DNA from: Eledone cirrhosa
Taxonomy: Eukaryota
Length of the DNA: 64,000 nt
Direction of reading: 5' to 3'
Assembly (NCBI GenBank): GCA_964016885.1
Contig: OZ024743.1
Span: 19,096,001 to 19,160,000, forward strand
The translations under genes were made by a program, and so were the position numbers. Every line of letters begins with the position of its first letter. Within the stretch, counting starts at the first letter, position 1. This document shows positions 57,883-64,000 of this stretch, in pieces. The notes beneath the pieces were generated by a model. That model was not told where the DNA came from and made no database searches. It saw only the letters and a list, made by a program, of their open reading frames with translations.

Positions 57883-58352
57883 TTCATGGCTGAGAGATGA
57901 GAATAATCGATACCAAAGAGGAGATTTAATATTCAATTTTATTTAAGCTAAATAGTGAGTGTTCTTGATGTGGAGTTTTGCCTGTTCATCAGCCACAATA
58001 TAATATTTGAATAGCAGACACACTATAAATAAGAAAGACCTTCGCACCTCGAGCCGTTAATGTGTCTGTTATTACGATGTTAATTTTAGTCTGTTGACCA
58101 TGTGTTAAACAGGCGAAACTCCAGGGTAACAATACTCACAATGTAGCCTTCATAAAATGAATATAGGTAACTATATATAAATACACACACACTCACCACC
58201 ACCCCACACACACACTCAAATATATGTATATATATATATATATATGAATACAACAATTGTAAATCCATTCATTCTGTTGGATTAAAGAAAACTTTTAAAA
58301 TAGTTCTGGGTGTTTTTACCTTCCCTATTTAACTGCACACGCACACTCACTC

Positions 58353-58390
<38 letters not shown>

Positions 58391-58413
58391 GTATATATAT
58401 ATATGTATGTATG

Positions 58414-58483
<70 letters not shown>

Positions 58484-58789
58484 TTATTTATCCATAATTG
58501 CAGAAATCTTATAACGAATCGGCCGTCTGGAAGGAAGGAGATATTTATTTAATAATGTCTCATATAAAATAATACAACCAGCTATTCACAAATACTAAAT
58601 TTGGATAATACTTAGGGATATCCTAATGTTTGTTGAGTGATATGGAGTTGGTCGGAGTATCGCTCAAGGCTTTCTCTGTTCATGTATTGTATATAAATAT
58701 ATATATGCTGGAAAGCATGGCAAGTATAACAATATTTGTTTCGACACACGATTCCATATAAAAAACCTCGCTAAACTAATTCATCGCCG

Positions 58790-58858
<69 letters not shown>

Positions 58859-58904
58859 TAGGCATATATATATATATAACTATAGGAATAACCAAAGAGT
58901 GCTT

Positions 58905-58951
58905 AGCTAACAGTGTTTCATCCATACCCCATGCCAGGAATCATCAGAGCC
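58905..58951 (-). ncRNA. Minimal HHR in a PLE-like 3' remnant (about 58880-59410)
   Basis: Minus strand: ggct-CTGATGA-t-tcc..gga-t-GAAA-cactg-TT-agct. Confidence 0.65.
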
Positions 58952-59448
58952 TATAAACAAGAGTATATCAATAATTGCATGCTCCATCGAGCTGCGTCAC
59001 CAGAACAAGGTTAAAGGACGAGCAGGGGGGTCCCGAGGCCAACGCTATATGGAAAAAGACCGAATACATGATGCACATAATGTCATAAAATGTCTTAAAC
59101 AATTACATCAAAAATTAAAAATTAAAAATTACAACAAAAATGTATCATTTAAATGGTGCAAAAGTTGATAAAGAGGTTGGGAGAGGGTAGCAAGGGGTGA
59201 GTGAAGGTATTACTCAGCATGATCAGAAACAATAAAAAAAAATAATAAAAAAGTACAAAAATACAGAGATAACAAACGAGATAAATATAAAAATACAACA
59301 CAATAAAGGAACAAAAAGCTGGTTTTTCGGGCTTTTTGTTGCTTTCAAATGTTCAATGCCCTAGGGACCGGATTACGCGATATAGCGATATCTCTCTATA
59401 ATTCTTAGTCTTTCTCTTTTTAGATAGATACATATATATAACGTCGCG

Positions 59449-60123
59449 CCCTTATATAATATGTCTGTATGTCTGATGGTCTGCATTACGTCACTTCACT
59501 GAGGATGTCTGTCTGTGTCAGTGTGTATGTGTGTCTGTGAGTTTGAATCCCTAAAACTCGAGAAGTACCAAACCGACTTTTTTCAAACTTTGCATGTGTA
59601 TTACTTATATTTCAGGGAGTGTTATGCACATAACAAAATTCAAATTTTTGCTCCGTAGGGCCCGAGTTAGGTGTAAAACTGCGTTTTTAGGTGGTTTTTT
59701 AGTCTTTACGTCAGACTGATTTCCTTGAAATTGTAACTATGTATTAGCCAGTCTCTTCTTCATACCGTGAGCAAAGAAAATCCAACTTTTTATGGCTTAG
59801 GGCCTGCATTAGGAGAAAAACTTCATTTTTTCAGCTTTTTTGAGCTTTTTTGAGCTTTTTTGAGACGTTATGTCTAGACGATTTTCCAGAAATGTCAAGG
59901 CATATTATGCACATTAAATAAATTCATTTCCTTGATCCCCTAGGTGAAAACTTGCTTTTTTCCTGCTTCATCGAGGAAAATCTTAAAGGTTATCCAGCCA
60001 TCCGAGTATTCAGTTTATTTTCTTTACATATTGTCCACGCAGGCAGTTTTTCCACGATTAGGTCTGCTGGTGGCCCGCGTTCCAAAATACCTTATCCCGT
60101 GCAATGCCAGATACCACTGCTAG
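59449..60123 (+). mobile_element. Non-autonomous Helitron-like element
   Basis: 5' ccttatataat, (GTCT)-like repeats, aactcgagaa..accgactttttcaaactttg motif, and 3' cccgtgcaatgccag...CTAG|T. Confidence 0.65.
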
Positions 60124-60438
60124 TTATCTGTAAAGCAACTTTTGTATTTTATGTGATAAGTGCGTACCAAAAACAATGTTGGTATATTTGAAATATATAT
60201 AATAAAATAAATATGGTTTTATAAATATACTTTCCATTTATTAGTATTATTGATATTATACTCCACACGAATACAGTAGAGTGCTTCTAATCTAATCTGT
60301 TATAAACTAAATTTGTTGAATAATCAACAAATTAAATAGCTCACTGTTTATATATATATATATATATTGTTATTTTCAGAAGATCCCGTTAAGGGTGAAA
60401 GCAGCGATTCTTTGCTTAAACTTTAATCTGTTATTTTA

Positions 60439-60501
<63 letters not shown>

Positions 60502-60503
<2 letters not shown>

Positions 60504-60915
60504 ACGAAGGAGGTGTGGTAAGGAATCAGATGAACAATAACACATCACCAGAGTACTCAATACTTAAGATTGTAGGGTGGGTAATAAGAAAATATATGAC
60601 CCCGGCGGCAGAGATCAAGCCGTTTCGACGGCTATTTCTGGATTAAATTAGAATTGTTAGCCTGGTAAATAAATAGCCGAACTTTTCAAGGAGTACTTCC
60701 TTATATGGGATGATTGTAGTTGTCCAGAGGATTGGTCAAAATTTGTTGTAAACACATTTAAGTCTATCATTGCAGTGGCTGAACTTGCCTGTAGAACAAT
60801 GAGGGAGTGGGTGGAGCCGGTCAAGCGTTGAAAGCGAAATCTATACAGCAAATTCTAAGGATTGTGTATGAAAGTAGGCCAGAGGAGGTAGGCAAAAAAT
60901 GGTTCTGGAGAAAAG
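60502..60915 (-). mobile_element. Longest family B copy, with an HHR-like motif at 60612-60694
   Basis: Minus strand: ctcc-TTGAAAA-g..cggctattt/aaatagccg..c-GAAA-cggc-TT-gatc; stems I and III imperfect. Confidence 0.6.
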
Positions 60916-62309
60916 ACCGCGTTATAGCAAAAGTTAATCAAAACGCGAGACTTAGCCTATGGGTCAGCACCAAGGAAGTAATCTCATGGTTCAGAAAATT
61001 CAAACAGTTTGACATAGAGAGTTACTATGCATCTATTACCTTACCGCTCCTTACGGTCGCTTTGGACTTTGCCAAAACACTCACACCCATCACCGACCAG
61101 GAAAGAAATATCATTATCCACGCCAGGAACAGTCCTACTTTTCGACAACTCCAATTGGATAAAGAGAGCTCCCGACTCCCCCTTCGACATCAGTATGTGC
61201 GCGACCGATTAGGCCGGGGTCACCGATCTTATAGGAGTATTCCTACTATTTAAACTCACCGAAATGTATCCTGCATTCGGCGGTGGATTGTACCTAGACG
61301 ATGGGCTCCTCACCCTCAAATGGTACAATCCCAGTAGTACAGACCGGGTCCGTAAACAACTACTCAACTTCTTCCGAGACTGGGGATTTAAAATCACCCT
61401 ACAAGCGTCCCTAACCCGAGTAAATGTGCTGGACGCTACCCTCTACCTCGAATATGATCTATATTATCCATACAGGAATCCAAACGACAACCTGCACTAC
61501 ATCCACTGCCGCTCTAATCATCATAGAAACATCACCAATAACCTGGTTAAAAACATCTCCCACCGCATACCTCTTTTGTCCGCTAATGAGCAGATATTCG
61601 ACGAACATGTGCCTCATTACAATCAGGCCCACAAGCGAAGCGGCTTCCGGGAGGAAATATCCTTTTATCCAGCTTCCCTTAGCGGAACCAGCAGGCGACG
61701 CGGCCGCTCACGCCACGTAACGTGGTTCAATCCTCCCCACAATTTCGAGGTGGCAACACCTATCGGGAAAATCATCTTTAGGCTCCTCGAAAAACACTTC
61801 CCACCACAATAGCGATACTTCAACATAATCAACAAAAACACTATCAAACTCTCCGAGAGCATCACACAGAACATCGTCTCCTCAAACAACAAAAAACTCA
61901 ACCCCTATGGAAGAAACAACCTAGGCATTAATGGAGAGCCGACCAGGAGGTGTAACTGCTCTGATAGATCTACGTGCCCCCTCCACAACAGATGCCGAGA
62001 AGGTAATGTGATCTACCAGCGCAACGTGAGGACGGACACCTCTAACAAAGCTTATATAGGATTAACCGTTTGTGACTTTAAGACTTGGGTCTACCAACAC
62101 CGACATACGTCCCGAAACCCGGTCAGGCGACATGCCACTACACTTTCGGGCCACAACTGGGACCTCCAAGATAATAACATAACATACAATCTTACTTGGA
62201 GCTTACTGTCCAGAGCTAACCAACCAACCAACCGGATATTTATAATAAGTTGAAGTGAAAGCAACTGGTGCGTGCGTTTCTTATTGGCAACATGACCCTC
62301 CCAAAGCAT

Positions 62310-62315
<6 letters not shown>
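60916..62315 (+). mobile_element. Truncated, degenerate PLE resembling the Hydra clade
   Basis: QFDIESYYASIT, FDISM..D*A.VTDLIG, GLYLDDGL, YIHCRSNH, TWFNPP..V.T.IGK..LLEKHFP, CNC..CPL..C, VIYQ..YIGLT..FK..H. The clade call rests on recalled motifs. Confidence 0.85.
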
Positions 62316-62375
<60 letters not shown>

Positions 62376-62912
62376 GCGTGTGTATGTGTTGTAATATATC
62401 TACTGGGAATATAGTACTTCAATTCATAATGAATAACGATATTTCAAGTAGAAATATACAAAGAATGAAGCAGCCGAAAATTATGACTATTATTCTTTGT
62501 TCATAACCAGGATCATATTTTACTCTTTTAAAATAATAATTAGCAAGTATATAAAATAGCTTTTTATAATTATACACAAGAGAAATCTGCGACAAGAACA
62601 TCGTCATTTTAGAAATGACACGATTGAAAATAGTACGAAGCTCATGTAGAAGTGTTTTGAAGTTGTCTACAATCAACACATATTCTTGATTTATTCGTAG
62701 CAGACTAGTTGTCGACTGTGATTTACCGTCTATCTAGTAGATGTTCAGACACTAAAGGTAGACGACAAACGCATTATTATTGGCAATGCGATAAAATATA
62801 ATTAATTACAATTTAATACACACCGAATTTTACATATCTATACGTACATGTAGGTGTGGTGAAGGGGTATGAGGCTCTGAATGTGAGTATATACATGAAA
62901 ACACACACACAC

Positions 62913-62957
<45 letters not shown>

Positions 62958-63099
62958 AGTGTGTGTGTGTGTGTTTGAATTTCTTTGTGTGTGTGTGTAT
63001 GTATGTGTGTCTCTATGTATAAGTATATATTTTTCTCTATTTGAATGGATGCATGTGCGCATATATACACTGGTGCAAGTATACAGGTCTATATAAATA

Positions 63100-63360
63100 T
63101 AATTGTTCCCACTTTTTGGCACAAGGCCAGCAATTACCCAGTGCATTACTCGTACTTTATTTTACAGGTCTATATACATATAATTGTTTCTACTTTAGGC
63201 ACAAGGCCAGCAAATACCCAGTTCATTACTGGTACTTTATTTTATCGACCCCGTAAGGATGAAAGGCAAAGTCAACCTCGGCGGGATTTGAACTCAGATC
63301 GTAAAGGGACGTAACTATGCTGGAAAGCATGGCATCCGACCCTCTAACGACACTGCCAAT
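63100..63360 (-). mobile_element. Octopus-type SINE with a duplicated 3' end
   Basis: ggcacaaggccagcaa..tactggtactttattttatcgaccccgtaaggatgaaaggcaaagtcaacctcggcgggatttgaactcag; the 3' part appears twice (63100 and 63182). Confidence 0.85.
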
Positions 63361-63817
63361 CCACCGGTCTATATACATATAATGATAGAGAATGTGTGTG
63401 TGGGGAGTGTTAGATAAAGATAAGTGAGGAGAGTGAGACACACTACACATTTAGGAAACATCATATCCGATGTCTCTTTGGTGAGAAAACACCGTAAAAT
63501 GCCCTTTTATCTTCAGTAAATTACTGTAGGCAATAAAGTGGCGACTTTTTATATTTTAGTCTGCGATGCTTCTAATAGTTCTCAATATAATTGTTGAGAT
63601 TGCTTGGCTTCTAACCGTCAAATAAATCACATGTCTATATGAACCCATACTTCATAATTTCTATAATATAGTCAATGGGTACAGACTAAGAGCCATTTCT
63701 GATACTCACATAGAAATTGAATGCCCGGTAGTAGCAAAGCAGAAAATGGCTATTCCATACAAAAGAAGAATTGAATAAATGTTCTTTTAAATATCTGCAA
63801 CATTGTATACCTACGCA

Positions 63818-63927
<110 letters not shown>

Positions 63928-64000
63928 CAAGATAAGCAGAACAAGTAAAATTCTACCAATTTTTCAAAATAAATCAAAATTAATATACAATTAAAATTAA

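Noticed and set aside
57940-58165. Imperfect inverted repeat with CTGATGA and GAAAC pieces
   Set aside because: Stems II and III cannot be built convincingly; at most a heavily decayed HHR element.
61200-61220. In-frame stops in PLE ORFs as programmed (selenocysteine) read-through
   Set aside because: This stop is TAG, and the ORFs also carry frameshifts, so decay explains them.

Overview
AT-rich, microsatellite-dense eukaryotic (animal) DNA. The SINE core and the (TA)n/(CA)n/(GA)n density point to an octopus-like cephalopod; this is an inference. No intact protein-coding gene is visible, only three candidate + strand exons of an unidentified gene. Most of the window is retroelement debris: degenerate Penelope-like elements (PLEs) of about four different types with RT and/or GIY-YIG motifs, a Tx1/L1-clade LINE, RTE-clade remnants, a CRE-like fragment, a non-autonomous Helitron and SINEs. 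The main signal, invisible in the ORF track, is about 25-30 type I hammerhead ribozyme (HHR) motifs found by eye on both strands. Many sit in non-coding units of about 520-625 bp inserted in (TA)n as 1.1-2.4 head-to-tail copies, often with an inverted partial copy. Several share the compensatory U3-A8 core (UUGAUAA/UUGAAAA), covarying stems and unusually long stems II/III. The best reading is a diverse set of non-autonomous, retrozyme-like or PLE-mobilised ribozyme RNAs, possibly circular. All folds and alignments were done by eye and boundaries are approximate.
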